DNA of 64,000 nucleotides from Candidatus Dojkabacteria bacterium (GTDB lineage Bacteria > Patescibacteriota > Dojkabacteria > JAOAGR01): NCBI GenBank assembly GCA_025999155.1, contig AP026679.1, positions 85,776 to 149,775 of the forward strand, given 5' to 3'. This document shows positions 19,343-29,464 of the stretch, piece after piece. How positions within the stretch are numbered: position 1 is the stretch's first letter; each line of letters opens with the position of its first letter. Below the pieces are notes generated by a model that saw nothing but the letters and a program-made list of their open reading frames with translations, searched no databases and was not told the DNA's origin. The translations under genes and the position numbers were made by a program.

Positions 19343-19380
19343 AAGGCAACTCTAGAAGTTGCCTTTTTTCTATTTTAGTT
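19343..19380 (+). terminator. Intrinsic terminator/attenuator hairpin in the rpoB leader.
   Basis: AAGGCAACT-ctaga-AGTTGCCTT followed by TTTTTTCTATTTT, 15 nt before the rpoB ATG. Confidence 0.55.
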
Positions 19381-19395
19381 ACATGAAATATAAAT

Positions 19396-22300
19396 ATGAC
19401 AAGACGAAAATCTTCTGCAACAGTCAAAACCAATCAGTTTGTTCGGACTGACATGAGCAGCCAATCAAACACGAATAGAATCTATTTAACCAAAAATAAA
19501 TTGTTTTATCCTATTCCTAATTTAGCTCAAGCTCAAAGGGACTCATACAGACGCTTTATCGAAGAAGATATTATAAAAATATTTGATTTAATTAATCCGA
19601 TTACCGATAATACAGGTAAGCTGTGGTCTCTAGAATTTATTAAACCAGAGTTGAGAAATCCTGAACGCAAAGAGCAGGAATGCCTAAGAAATGGCTTAAC
19701 TTACGAGGCTCCTTTGTATTGGCAAGTGCGACTTGTTAACCTTACCACTGGAGAAGCTAAAGAACAAACTGTGTTCATGGGCAATATTCCATTAATGACA
19801 CCACGCGGTACTTTTATTATTAATGGAGATGAAAGAGTTATTGTACACCAAATTATCCGCTCTGAAGGTGTTATGTTTCTCCGAAACGAATTGTACTCTA
19901 ACAATAGACCCTTGCACCTAGCAAAAATCATACCCACAAGGGGAGCTTGGTTTACGATTGACACTTCAAAAACTGGCGTTATCTCAATAAAATTTGGCCC
20001 AAGAAGACCAAGAATTAATATATGTACATTTTTGAGGGCAATGGGGTACAGCTCGGATGCCGAAATTATCAAATTATTTGCAGATGTCCCCCACAATAAT
20101 GAACTGCCGAACTTCATTGAAGTATCACTTGCAAAAGACCCAACTACTAACACAGCAGCGGCAATATTTGACATATACAGAGTTCTCAGACCGGATGTAA
20201 CCGCCAGTCTTGAAAATGCAAAAGCATATATAGATTCGCTTTTGTTCGATCCAAGAAAGCTTTACTTGGGGGATGTTGGCAGATACCAGCTCAACAAGAA
20301 ATTGGCTACAAAATACCACAGAGAACTAACAGAAGAAAATTACTCCTTACACTTGAGTGACATAATCGGGGTAATCGAACACTTACTTAAGGTAAATTAT
20401 GGTTATGAGACAATGGATGATGTTGATCATCTTGGAAACCGTCGTATCCGAAGCGTTAACGAATTATTAGGAGAAGTCGTAATAAATGCAGTTAAAAAAA
20501 TCGAAAAGAACACAAAGGACAAAATGAGTTTACACTCTACCGATGAATTATTGACTGCTAATGATGTAATGAGCTCTAGGCCACTGGTTACCGCATTAAA
20601 GGACTTTTTCGGAACAAGTCAGATTTCTAGATTTATGTCCCAGAAAAATGTTCTTGCAGAACTATCAAACCTCAGACACGTAACAGCTGGTGGACCAGGA
20701 GGACTAACAAAAGAAAGAGCTACTTTTTCTGTTCGCGACGTGCATCATTCTCAGTATGGAAGACTATGTGTGGTGCAAACGCCCGAAGGGACAAGTATTG
20801 GTGTAGTGAACCACTTAGCTTTATTCGCCAAAGTTAATAGATTTGGCTTTATAGAGGTTCCATATCGTAAGGTGGCTAAAAAGGCAAATTTAGAGAATGC
20901 ACTTAATCGAATTGTTGACGAGGATATCAAGCAAAAAAATAAAGTCGTGGTCAAAGCTGGAACCTTCATTACAGAAGAAATAGTTGAAACCCTCAAATCA
21001 CTAAATATTACGGAAGTAAATGTCAAACCTTACTTGACGGGTGAGATTGAATACCTAGATGCAGATACCGAAGACAAGTTCAAAATTTCTCATGCTTTAG
21101 TTGACGTCGACCAATTTTATAACATCCTCTCCGAAAAAATCCCAGTAAGACATGGAAATGAATACTACAACGGAAGTGTCTATGAAATAGATTATGTTGA
21201 TGTTGATCCTGCGGTTTCTGCCGGGGTAAACTTTGCTCTCACACCATTTGGTAATCATACCGTAGTCGACCGAAACCTCATTGAAGCATCTAATATGAAT
21301 CAAGCTGTACCCCTTGTAAATCCTGAACCTCCAATTGTGGGTACAGGCCTGGAAAGTGAAATAGCAAGGAAATCTGGTAGATCCCTCTATGCAACACGCC
21401 CTGGTATAGTTGAATATGTAGACGCCTCAAAAGTGGTAATACGTACTACTAATAATGTAAAAGATATATATGAACTGATTAAATTTCAGGCTTCTAATGA
21501 CAACACGCTTATTCACCATATTCCACGAGTGAATGTTGGACAAGTATTAAATGAGGGAGATTTGATAGCTGATGGAGCATCTGCAAAAGATGGCGAGTTA
21601 GCAATAGGTACAAACCTACTTACCGCATGTATGTTTTTTGATGGTGGTACTTTCGAAGACGGCTTTGCAATTTCTGAAAGAGTATTAAAAAGAAATTCCT
21701 TAACTGGAGTTTTAATTAAAACATATACACGAGATATAAGAGAAACCAAATTAGGTCCAGAAATATTAACAGCCGATATTCCCGGTGTGAGTGAGTCAAT
21801 GCTTGCGAAGTTAGATGAAAATGGGGTAGTACGTAAAGGTACAAAAGTCAAAACCGGAGATATTCTAGCAGGCATAGTCGCCCCTAAAGGAGATATAGAC
21901 AATACTCCAGAAGAAAAATTGCTAAGGTCTATATTTGGCAAAAGTGCGAGTGATGTCAAAAATGTATCTCTTACGATGCCCAATGGAGAGGAAGGTATTG
22001 TGATTGACACTCAAATCCTTGATCAAGACACTACGGAATTAGGTACTGGCGTCATAAAACAAGTCAAGATCTGGGTCGCAAAACTTCATAATATTAATAT
22101 AGGAGATAAATTATGTGATTTAGCTGGACAAAAAGGGGTTATTGCAAAAATAATACCAGAAGCAGACATGCCTTACCTACCAGATGGAACGCCGGTAGAT
22201 ATAATATTTGGGCCTTTGTTTTTGAAACGCATGAATGTATCATTACTGCGAGAAATGCACTTAGGTATGAAATGCAAGATTGCGGGTGTAAATGTTGCTG

Positions 22301-22806
22301 TACCATTATTTTCCCAAATTGATGAGTCTATAATAGATGAAATGATTAAAAATGCAGATGTACCGTACCAGGAAAAATACGACCTTTACGATGGAAGGAC
22401 CGGTGAGAAATTTGATCAAAAGGTAGCAGTTGGATATAAATACATCTTGAAAATCACTCATATAGCAGAAGAAAAAATCCACGCACGTTCTACAGGGCCT
22501 TATGCTGTTATTACACAACAGCCATTAGGTGGTAAAGCTCAATTTGGAGGACAAAGGTTTGGAGAAATGGAAGTATGGGCTTTAGAAGCGCATGGAGCCG
22601 GACATATACTAAAAGAAATGCTTACTATTAAATCTGACGATATTGAAGGTAGATCTAAGGCATATGAGGCGATTATCCATGGTCAACCTATAGTTATGGA
22701 AGGAACACCTGAATCTTTTAAAGTATTGATTAGTGAATTAAGAGCCTTAGGGCTTAACATACGGCTAATGAAAGCTAACGGAGAAGAAATATCTATAGAT
22801 AATTAA
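19396..22806 (+). CDS. rpoB: DNA-directed RNA polymerase subunit beta.
   Basis: 1136 aa. Conserved blocks: rifampicin cluster FGTSQISRFMSQKN-LAELSNLRHVTAGGPGGL, ARSTGPYAVITQQPLGGKAQFGGQRFGEMEVWALEAHGA. Confidence 0.97.
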   Translation: MTRRKSSATVKTNQFVRTDMSSQSNTNRIYLTKNKLFYPIPNLAQAQRDSYRRFIEEDIIKIFDLINPITDNTGKLWSLEFIKPELRNPERKEQECLRNGLTYEAPLYWQVRLVNLTTGEAKEQTVFMGNIPLMTPRGTFIINGDERVIVHQIIRSEGVMFLRNELYSNNRPLHLAKIIPTRGAWFTIDTSKTGVISIKFGPRRPRINICTFLRAMGYSSDAEIIKLFADVPHNNELPNFIEVSLAKDPTTNTAAAIFDIYRVLRPDVTASLENAKAYIDSLLFDPRKLYLGDVGRYQLNKKLATKYHRELTEENYSLHLSDIIGVIEHLLKVNYGYETMDDVDHLGNRRIRSVNELLGEVVINAVKKIEKNTKDKMSLHSTDELLTANDVMSSRPLVTALKDFFGTSQISRFMSQKNVLAELSNLRHVTAGGPGGLTKERATFSVRDVHHSQYGRLCVVQTPEGTSIGVVNHLALFAKVNRFGFIEVPYRKVAKKANLENALNRIVDEDIKQKNKVVVKAGTFITEEIVETLKSLNITEVNVKPYLTGEIEYLDADTEDKFKISHALVDVDQFYNILSEKIPVRHGNEYYNGSVYEIDYVDVDPAVSAGVNFALTPFGNHTVVDRNLIEASNMNQAVPLVNPEPPIVGTGLESEIARKSGRSLYATRPGIVEYVDASKVVIRTTNNVKDIYELIKFQASNDNTLIHHIPRVNVGQVLNEGDLIADGASAKDGELAIGTNLLTACMFFDGGTFEDGFAISERVLKRNSLTGVLIKTYTRDIRETKLGPEILTADIPGVSESMLAKLDENGVVRKGTKVKTGDILAGIVAPKGDIDNTPEEKLLRSIFGKSASDVKNVSLTMPNGEEGIVIDTQILDQDTTELGTGVIKQVKIWVAKLHNINIGDKLCDLAGQKGVIAKIIPEADMPYLPDGTPVDIIFGPLFLKRMNVSLLREMHLGMKCKIAGVNVAVPLFSQIDESIIDEMIKNADVPYQEKYDLYDGRTGEKFDQKVAVGYKYILKITHIAEEKIHARSTGPYAVITQQPLGGKAQFGGQRFGEMEVWALEAHGAGHILKEMLTIKSDDIEGRSKAYEAIIHGQPIVMEGTPESFKVLISELRALGLNIRLMKANGEEISIDN

Positions 22807-22821
22807 AATATCTGATAAGCT

Positions 22822-25800
22822 ATGAAAACATTAAATTTTGATTATTTACAAATACAGTTAGCATCCCCTGAAGAAATTCTCAAATGGTCAAGGGGAGAAG
22901 TAAAAAAAGCTGAAACTATTAATTATCGAACACATCGGCCCGAACCTGATGGGCTTATGTGTGAAAAGATTTTTGGGCCAACAAAAGATTATGAGTGTTA
23001 TTGTGGCAAATACAAAAAATACAAATATAAAGGAGTCATTTGTGATAAATGTGGAGTTGAAGTAACAAGCAAATCTGTAAGACGTGAACGTATGGGGCAT
23101 ATTAGGCTTGCCTCTCCTGTTGCCCATGTCTGGTATGCTAATGGAATACCAAATAAATTATCAATACTGCTAGATATTCCTCACAAAAAACTTCAATCTG
23201 TCATCTACTTTTCTAGATATCTCGTTGTTGAATCGGATGAAGACGGTAAGGCTTTAGCTATTGAGCAATTAGAATCAATAAGAAAGGATAGACTACACGA
23301 AATTGATGATAATGTCGGTAATAAAATCAAAGCCCTAGAGACAAAGCTTGCTGAAGATATTGAAAAGTTAAAACAGCAAAACGGCCGTACAGAAAATGAA
23401 GAGTTTGAACTAGAAATTGAAAATCTCGAGCATAAAGCAAGGCAATCTATAGCGAAAGTAAGGGAAGAAGCAGTAAAACAGAAAGAACAAGTCGAATCAC
23501 AAATAAACTTTCTGAAGGAACTTGTCGAAAAAATACAAGTCGGAGAAACCATTACAGAGGAAGAGAAAGTATTATTAATGGAGTATGATATCTCCTTTTT
23601 TAGTCTGAAAATGGGAGCTGAGGCGGTTCAATATCTCTTACAGAAATTAGATTTAGAAGCACTAAAATCTGATCTACTGAAAGATATCAAATCTTCAAAT
23701 TTACAAAAAAGACTGAAGGCGACTGTGCGCCTGAGATTAGTTAATGCTTTAATCTTAAACAAGATAAAACCCGAATGGATGGTCCTAGATGTAATTCCTG
23801 TCCTTCCGCCAGAATTAAGACCTATAGTGCAGATATCGGGAGGGCGATTTGCTACTGCCGACTTAAATGATTTATATAGGCGTGTCATTAACCGTAATAA
23901 TCGATTAAAAAGATTAATTGATTTAGGTGCTCCAGAAGTTATCTTGAGAAATGAAAAACGGATGCTTCAAGAGGCTGTAGATGCCTTGTTAGATAACGAA
24001 CACCGTATTGGAGCCCCCGTCGTTAATAAGAAAAAAATCCCATTAAAATCAATATCTGCTTCACTAAGAGGAAAACAAGGTCGATTTAGACAAAATCTTC
24101 TTGGAAAAAGAGTTGATTATTCAGGTCGTGCAGTAATCGTAAGTGCTGGTAGAGATTTGAAGATTACACAAGTAGGTGTGCCAAAACACATGGCATTAGA
24201 ACTATTCAAACCTTTCGTGATACACCAACTCATAGAAAGGGGTCTGGCAGCAAATGCGCGCAGTGCAAGACTCATGATAGAAGAACAAGATAAGTCAGAT
24301 GAAGTTTGGAATGTACTCGAAGAAGTAATAAAAGGACACCCAGTACTCATTAACCGTGCTCCTACGTTACATAAACAGAGTATACAAGCATATTTCCCGG
24401 TGCTTGTAGAAGGAGACGCTATCAGAATACACCCTCTCATTGTAGATGGATTTAATGCTGACTTCGATGGAGACCAAATGGGAATTCACGTGCCTATTAC
24501 AAAAGAGGCAATCGATGAAGCAATAAACCTTATGATGACAGATTCCAATCTATTGAAGGCGTCCAGTGGAGAATTCATAATGAATCCAGGTAAAGACTTG
24601 ATTCAAGCGCTTTTCTATTTGACAACTCTTCAGAAAAATCCTGAACACGATAAGCCTTTGTATTTTGCGGCACCTATTTACGCAGAACAGGCATATCAAA
24701 ATTATCAAATAACTTTACGTGAGCCTATTTTTGCTTATATCAATGATGAGTTGATAGAAACTTCTGTTGGGAGAATAATCTTTAACCAGATGTTCCCACC
24801 ACAAATGCAATTTGTGAATCAAACTGTTGATAAAAAAGTACTAAAGAAGATACTCTTAAAGCTATATGAGAATTTCTCTACAAATGAAGTGCTTGCAACT
24901 TTGGACAAGATTAATGATATTGGATTTAAATACTCTACAATGTCTGGCTTTTCAATGGGTATATCCGACCTAGTTTCAATACCAGAACTAGATCAAATTA
25001 TTGAAGAAGCTGTACGGAAAAATGAGGAAATTGAGGAATACTATCGACTTGGTTTACTGACTCCTAAAGATAAATCTGAACAATTTCGAAAACTTTGGAT
25101 CGAACAAGTTGTGCCAACCGTAGAAAAAAGAACAAAAGATTTTTTGCCAGAAGGTAATGCTCTAAAAGAAGTTGCTGAATCTGGCTCACGTTTTTCGTAT
25201 GATGTCATCAACCAAATAGTCGGTTTAAAAGGGCCTATTACAGATGCTACGCAAAGATTAGTAGAGCTGCCAATTACCTCAAACTATCTAAAAGGGTTTG
25301 GTCCTTTTGAATACTTTATATCAGCAAAAGGTTCTCGCAAAGGATTGGTTGATAAAGCTTTACGTACTGCTGATTCAGGTTACCTGACACGCAGGCTTTG
25401 TGAAGTGTCGCAAGACTGCCTTGTTCGCGAAGAAGATTGTGGCGGTGAGAAAGGAATAAAAGTGAGCGTAGAACAAGATGAATATAGAATGCTTAAATTT
25501 AAAGAAAGAATTACTGGTAGAACAACATCCAAAGATGTCATAAATGATAAAGGAGAGGTAATAGTCCCATCACACACCTTAATTACCCCACAACTCGCAG
25601 AAACTATAGTAGCAGCGGGCATTACAGAAATTGAAATTCGTTCACCACTGACATGTAAAACAAAATTCGGTGTATGTCAAAAATGTTATGGTATTGACCA
25701 CTCTACAAATAAGTTAGTGAAAATTGGCAAAGCCGTAGGTATACTTGCAGCTCAATCCTTAGGGGAACCAGCAACTCAGCTTGTGCTTAGAACATTCTAC

Positions 25801-26772
25801 AAAGCAGGTGCAGGCACGGATATCACTCAAGGTATGCCAAGATTGCAAGAATTATTTGAAGCAAGAATACCAAAGGGTAAGGCAGTGATAGCTGAAATAC
25901 CTGGTCGAGTTGAAATTAGCGACGATGGAAAAGGCTACTATATTGTCAAAATAAAAAATAACATAACCGATACAGTAGAGTACCCCTATACAGAGGAGGA
26001 TAAATTAATGATTAAACAAAAAGTTAGAAGTGTTAAACCAGGCGATTTGTTATTTGTCAGACCTGACGGCACAGAAATTACTTCATCTCGAAAAGGTAAA
26101 GTTATACTAAAACCAAATAAAATTATTATCGAAAGCCAAACCCATGAAGAGGTAGAATACAGAATCTCTAAAGAACAAGAACTACTAGTATCTGGTAACG
26201 ATGAAATTGAGGCTGGTGTTCAAATCACAAGGGGTAATATTGATCCAAGACAATTACTGCAGACCAAAGGATTACTTGAGGCTCAGATGTATTTGATTGA
26301 TGAAATCCAAAAAGTGTATATATCTGAAGGTGTATCTTTAGGAGATAAACATATTGAAATCATTGTATCTCAAATGGGTAGATATGTGAAAATCGAAGAT
26401 CCTGGAGATACAGAAATGGTAGCTGGCGAAATAAGAGATAAATATGTGATTGAAGAAATCAACGAATTATTGAAAGAACGTGGAGGGAAACAAGTCAAGA
26501 CTTCACCATTACTACTGGGTATCACATTGGCTACATTAAAGACGGAGTCTTTCCTAGCTGCAGCTTCATTCCAGGAGCAAGTCCGTGTACTCTCTGATGC
26601 AGCTCTAATGGGTAAGAAAGACCCACTACGTGGCTTGAAGGAAAATATTATAATCGGCAAATTAATCCCAGTAGGAGAAAATGCAAGATTAAAACCAGAA
26701 CTTGAACGAATGCTATCTGAATCAGAAATTAAAGTATCAAATGCTGATATGAAAAAATCAGACGAAAATTAA
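22822..26772 (+). CDS. rpoC: DNA-directed RNA polymerase subunit beta-prime.
   Basis: 1316 aa. Zinc-finger CGKYKKYKYKGVICDKCGVEV. Catalytic NADFDGDQM. Confidence 0.97.
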   Translation: MKTLNFDYLQIQLASPEEILKWSRGEVKKAETINYRTHRPEPDGLMCEKIFGPTKDYECYCGKYKKYKYKGVICDKCGVEVTSKSVRRERMGHIRLASPVAHVWYANGIPNKLSILLDIPHKKLQSVIYFSRYLVVESDEDGKALAIEQLESIRKDRLHEIDDNVGNKIKALETKLAEDIEKLKQQNGRTENEEFELEIENLEHKARQSIAKVREEAVKQKEQVESQINFLKELVEKIQVGETITEEEKVLLMEYDISFFSLKMGAEAVQYLLQKLDLEALKSDLLKDIKSSNLQKRLKATVRLRLVNALILNKIKPEWMVLDVIPVLPPELRPIVQISGGRFATADLNDLYRRVINRNNRLKRLIDLGAPEVILRNEKRMLQEAVDALLDNEHRIGAPVVNKKKIPLKSISASLRGKQGRFRQNLLGKRVDYSGRAVIVSAGRDLKITQVGVPKHMALELFKPFVIHQLIERGLAANARSARLMIEEQDKSDEVWNVLEEVIKGHPVLINRAPTLHKQSIQAYFPVLVEGDAIRIHPLIVDGFNADFDGDQMGIHVPITKEAIDEAINLMMTDSNLLKASSGEFIMNPGKDLIQALFYLTTLQKNPEHDKPLYFAAPIYAEQAYQNYQITLREPIFAYINDELIETSVGRIIFNQMFPPQMQFVNQTVDKKVLKKILLKLYENFSTNEVLATLDKINDIGFKYSTMSGFSMGISDLVSIPELDQIIEEAVRKNEEIEEYYRLGLLTPKDKSEQFRKLWIEQVVPTVEKRTKDFLPEGNALKEVAESGSRFSYDVINQIVGLKGPITDATQRLVELPITSNYLKGFGPFEYFISAKGSRKGLVDKALRTADSGYLTRRLCEVSQDCLVREEDCGGEKGIKVSVEQDEYRMLKFKERITGRTTSKDVINDKGEVIVPSHTLITPQLAETIVAAGITEIEIRSPLTCKTKFGVCQKCYGIDHSTNKLVKIGKAVGILAAQSLGEPATQLVLRTFYKAGAGTDITQGMPRLQELFEARIPKGKAVIAEIPGRVEISDDGKGYYIVKIKNNITDTVEYPYTEEDKLMIKQKVRSVKPGDLLFVRPDGTEITSSRKGKVILKPNKIIIESQTHEEVEYRISKEQELLVSGNDEIEAGVQITRGNIDPRQLLQTKGLLEAQMYLIDEIQKVYISEGVSLGDKHIEIIVSQMGRYVKIEDPGDTEMVAGEIRDKYVIEEINELLKERGGKQVKTSPLLLGITLATLKTESFLAAASFQEQVRVLSDAALMGKKDPLRGLKENIIIGKLIPVGENARLKPELERMLSESEIKVSNADMKKSDEN

Positions 26773-26795
26773 AAATCTGATATAATACAAAAATT

Positions 26796-27209
26796 ATGGC
26801 AAGAATAAGTCAATTAATAAGAAAACCAAGAAAACCAAAAAAGAAAAAGGACAAATTAGCTATTCTGCATACAAACCTGAACCACAATACCCTAAAAAAG
26901 ACGTATGCAAACAATCCTTTCAAACGGGGTGTATGCATCAGTGTCAGGACTACAACTCCTAAAAAACCAAACTCAGCTCTCCGCAAGATTGCAAAAGTCA
27001 GGTTGTCTAATAAAGAAACAATAACTGCTTATATCCCAGGTATAGGGCATAATCTGCAGGAGCATTCGGTAGTATTAGTCAGAGGGGGGAGAGTTAAAGA
27101 CCTCATTGGAGTTAAGTACACTATCGTACGAGGAGTGCTTGATACTGCAGGAGTCGAAAACCGTCAGACATCAAGATCTCAATACGGAGTCAAGAAACCA
27201 AAGAATTAG
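26796..27209 (+). CDS. rpsL: 30S ribosomal protein S12 with N-terminal basic extension.
   Basis: [30 protein letters not shown]...[19 protein letters not shown]. Confidence 0.9.
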   Translation: MARISQLIRKPRKPKKKKDKLAILHTNLNHNTLKKTYANNPFKRGVCISVRTTTPKKPNSALRKIAKVRLSNKETITAYIPGIGHNLQEHSVVLVRGGRVKDLIGVKYTIVRGVLDTAGVENRQTSRSQYGVKKPKN

Positions 27210-27251
27210 TTTTTATATTAATTAATTGAGTAAAAGGATAGATAATTGGAG

Positions 27252-27285
27252 GGGAAAGTCTAGCAGGCTTTCCCATTTTTATTTG
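27252..27285 (+). terminator. Intrinsic terminator after rpsL.
   Basis: GGGAAAG-tctagcagg-CTTTCCC followed by ATTTTTATTT. Confidence 0.55.
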
Positions 27286-27312
27286 TGCTTTCACTCATAG
27301 AAATCAACAATT

Positions 27313-27855
27313 TTATATTTCATGTACTTCAAACACTTTGCGTTTGAGATCATATATACCAATTGTAAAAATTTCATTATTACGTTTTTTAAAAGGAATC
27401 GAGTAAGATAGAGCCCCAGGGTTGAGAACTTTCGTATTCCTAATAAAATCCTCACTAGGTTTGTGTGTATGACCGACAAACAAAGCTTCCAATCTGTGTG
27501 TTTGTAAAATCTCATCAAGTTTAATTTTTTTATGACCGTGGTAAATACCAAACTCTCGATCTTTCACTTTAAATATAATATACTCATCACCTTTTTTAGG
27601 TAGATCCACGGGTGCCGCAAGCGTCGAATTAATTGCATAAAATTCATCTGTGTATTTAATATCATTATTCCCTAAAACACCACATAATCGAATTTTTCTC
27701 TGTTGAGCCTCTGATGCAATAAAAAGGAAAGTCTCTGGTGTCACCCAATCACCGCAATGTAAAACAATGAATATTGATTTTTCTAAAAAAATATCTAAAG
27801 CTTCTATTGTTTTTTCTATATTGTCATGAGTATCAGAAATTACTCCTAACTGCAT
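27313..27855 (-). CDS. Calcineurin-like metallophosphoesterase (YfcE/MJ0936-type).
   Basis: MQLGVISDTHDN, HCGDW, GNND and GHTH: the four MPP metal-ligand motifs in order. Confidence 0.8.
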   Translation of the reverse strand: MQLGVISDTHDNIEKTIEALDIFLEKSIFIVLHCGDWVTPETFLFIASEAQQRKIRLCGVLGNNDIKYTDEFYAINSTLAAPVDLPKKGDEYIIFKVKDREFGIYHGHKKIKLDEILQTHRLEALFVGHTHKPSEDFIRNTKVLNPGALSYSIPFKKRNNEIFTIGIYDLKRKVFEVHEI

Positions 27856-27941
27856 ACGGAATTGATTATATAAAAATTAAATAAAAAGAGATAACTAAAT
27901 AGATCTATATATAAAGCAAATGTTTTAGTGTACAATGTAAC

Positions 27942-28583
27942 ATGACTAAATTAGTCGGATTTATATTTGGGCCTAATGGATCAGGCAAAGGTACATTAGC
28001 GGATAAACTGACAGAAAAGGGATACATACATATTGGAGGAGGTAATCTGATTCGCCAGTGGGCACAAAAACATAATAGAACAGATATTATCGATAAAATT
28101 TCACAGGGTAACTTTATTGATAATGATCTACTGTCATCCATATTAGAAGAAAAATTATCTGAAGTGAGTTCTTCTCATAAATTACTGTTTGAAGGTATTC
28201 CGAGGAAAAAATCACAAATTACAATTGTTAAAAACTTACTGCACGATTATGGCTATAAGCCAGCATGGATCATTGTTCTACACGCGCCGTTAGAAGTACT
28301 TATCGAAAGAGTAAGCAACAGAGTTTTTGGACCCGATGGCAAAGTATACCATATGACATTAAATCCACCACCAGCTCATTTTAAAATGTCCCAACTTAAA
28401 ATGAGACCTGACGATAGATCAGAAATAGCCAAAAAAAGATATGAATATTATATCACTCATACTCTAGAATGTGTTTCTGATGAATTTTTTCTCGACACTC
28501 CCGTCAAAACTATAGATGCCACGCAATCGATAGATAAAGTGTACTCGGAAAGTATTGAATTTATAAGTCAAATTGTCGGATAA
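27942..28583 (+). CDS. Adenylate-kinase-family nucleoside monophosphate kinase (divergent). Not in the usual rpl-secY-adk context.
   Basis: P-loop GPNGSGKGTLADKLTEKGYIHIGGGNLIRQ. 213 aa. Confidence 0.6.
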   Translation: MTKLVGFIFGPNGSGKGTLADKLTEKGYIHIGGGNLIRQWAQKHNRTDIIDKISQGNFIDNDLLSSILEEKLSEVSSSHKLLFEGIPRKKSQITIVKNLLHDYGYKPAWIIVLHAPLEVLIERVSNRVFGPDGKVYHMTLNPPPAHFKMSQLKMRPDDRSEIAKKRYEYYITHTLECVSDEFFLDTPVKTIDATQSIDKVYSESIEFISQIVG

Positions 28584-29433
28584 ACTTGCTACAAGAGGAC
28601 AACTTGTTATCCCAAATTTCAATCTCGAACTCACTTTGTATGGAGGACAAGCTTTTAATTGGATACGTATTGGTAACAAGCATTTCGGAGTTTTCCAAGA
28701 TAAAGTTATCAAGTTGATGTATAAAGACCCAATTCTGTATTGGCATAGTAGCAAACCAATAGAAGAAAATATAATACTTGAATATTTTGACTACTTTACT
28801 GATTATCAATGTATTTATGGACAGATTCTGCAAGACGAGAGCTTATCTAAATTACAACATGCCTATTCAGGCATACGATTACTAAAACAAAACTTATGGC
28901 AGACAATAGTGTCGTTTGTTGTATCACAAAACAATAATATTCCTAAGATAAAGACAAGTTTAGATAAATTAGCAAAGCTAAATAAACGTGTAATCCACTT
29001 CGACAATAGATCTTTTTACGCTTTTCCTACAATAGACGAACTTTTAAAAATGTCAGAGCAAGAATTACAAGCCTGTTCACTAGGGTATCGATCAAAATAT
29101 CTTTATTTAGTAACACAATCCGTGGCTAAAACAGAACTACTCTATCAAACAAATATAAGTTACAAGACATTGCGTAAATCTCTTTTAGACATGTATGGTA
29201 TTGGAGAAAAAGTAGCTGATTGCATACTAGTTTTTGGTTATGGAGTACGAAATCTTGCCCCCATTGACATTTGGGTTAGACGTGGTGCTATTGAAACTTT
29301 CAACCTCTCTCCTAGATCAACTTATAAACAAATCCAACATTATCTAGTTTCTAAATTTGGCGAATATACAGCGTATGCTGCACAGATTCTATTTGAATCT
29401 TTTAGATTAAAAGCTAAACAAAAGACTACTTGA
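28573..29433 (+). CDS. HhH-GPD DNA glycosylase, 8-oxoguanine glycosylase (Ogg)-like. TTG start overlaps the preceding gene by 11 nt.
   Basis: HhH-GPD: LLKMSEQELQACSLGYRSKYLYLV...GIGEKVADCILVFGYG. N-terminal LTLYGGQAFNW as in Ogg N-domains. Confidence 0.7.
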   Translation: MSDKLATRGQLVIPNFNLELTLYGGQAFNWIRIGNKHFGVFQDKVIKLMYKDPILYWHSSKPIEENIILEYFDYFTDYQCIYGQILQDESLSKLQHAYSGIRLLKQNLWQTIVSFVVSQNNNIPKIKTSLDKLAKLNKRVIHFDNRSFYAFPTIDELLKMSEQELQACSLGYRSKYLYLVTQSVAKTELLYQTNISYKTLRKSLLDMYGIGEKVADCILVFGYGVRNLAPIDIWVRRGAIETFNLSPRSTYKQIQHYLVSKFGEYTAYAAQILFESFRLKAKQKTT

Positions 29434-29464
29434 ATCGTAAGCAGGAAAGTATATATAATCTGGC

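Noticed and set aside
28573-28583. Alternative reading of the adk-like/ogg junction as a single fused gene.
   Set aside because: The frames differ and the adk-like ORF ends in TAA. An 11-nt overlap with a TTG start is more parsimonious.
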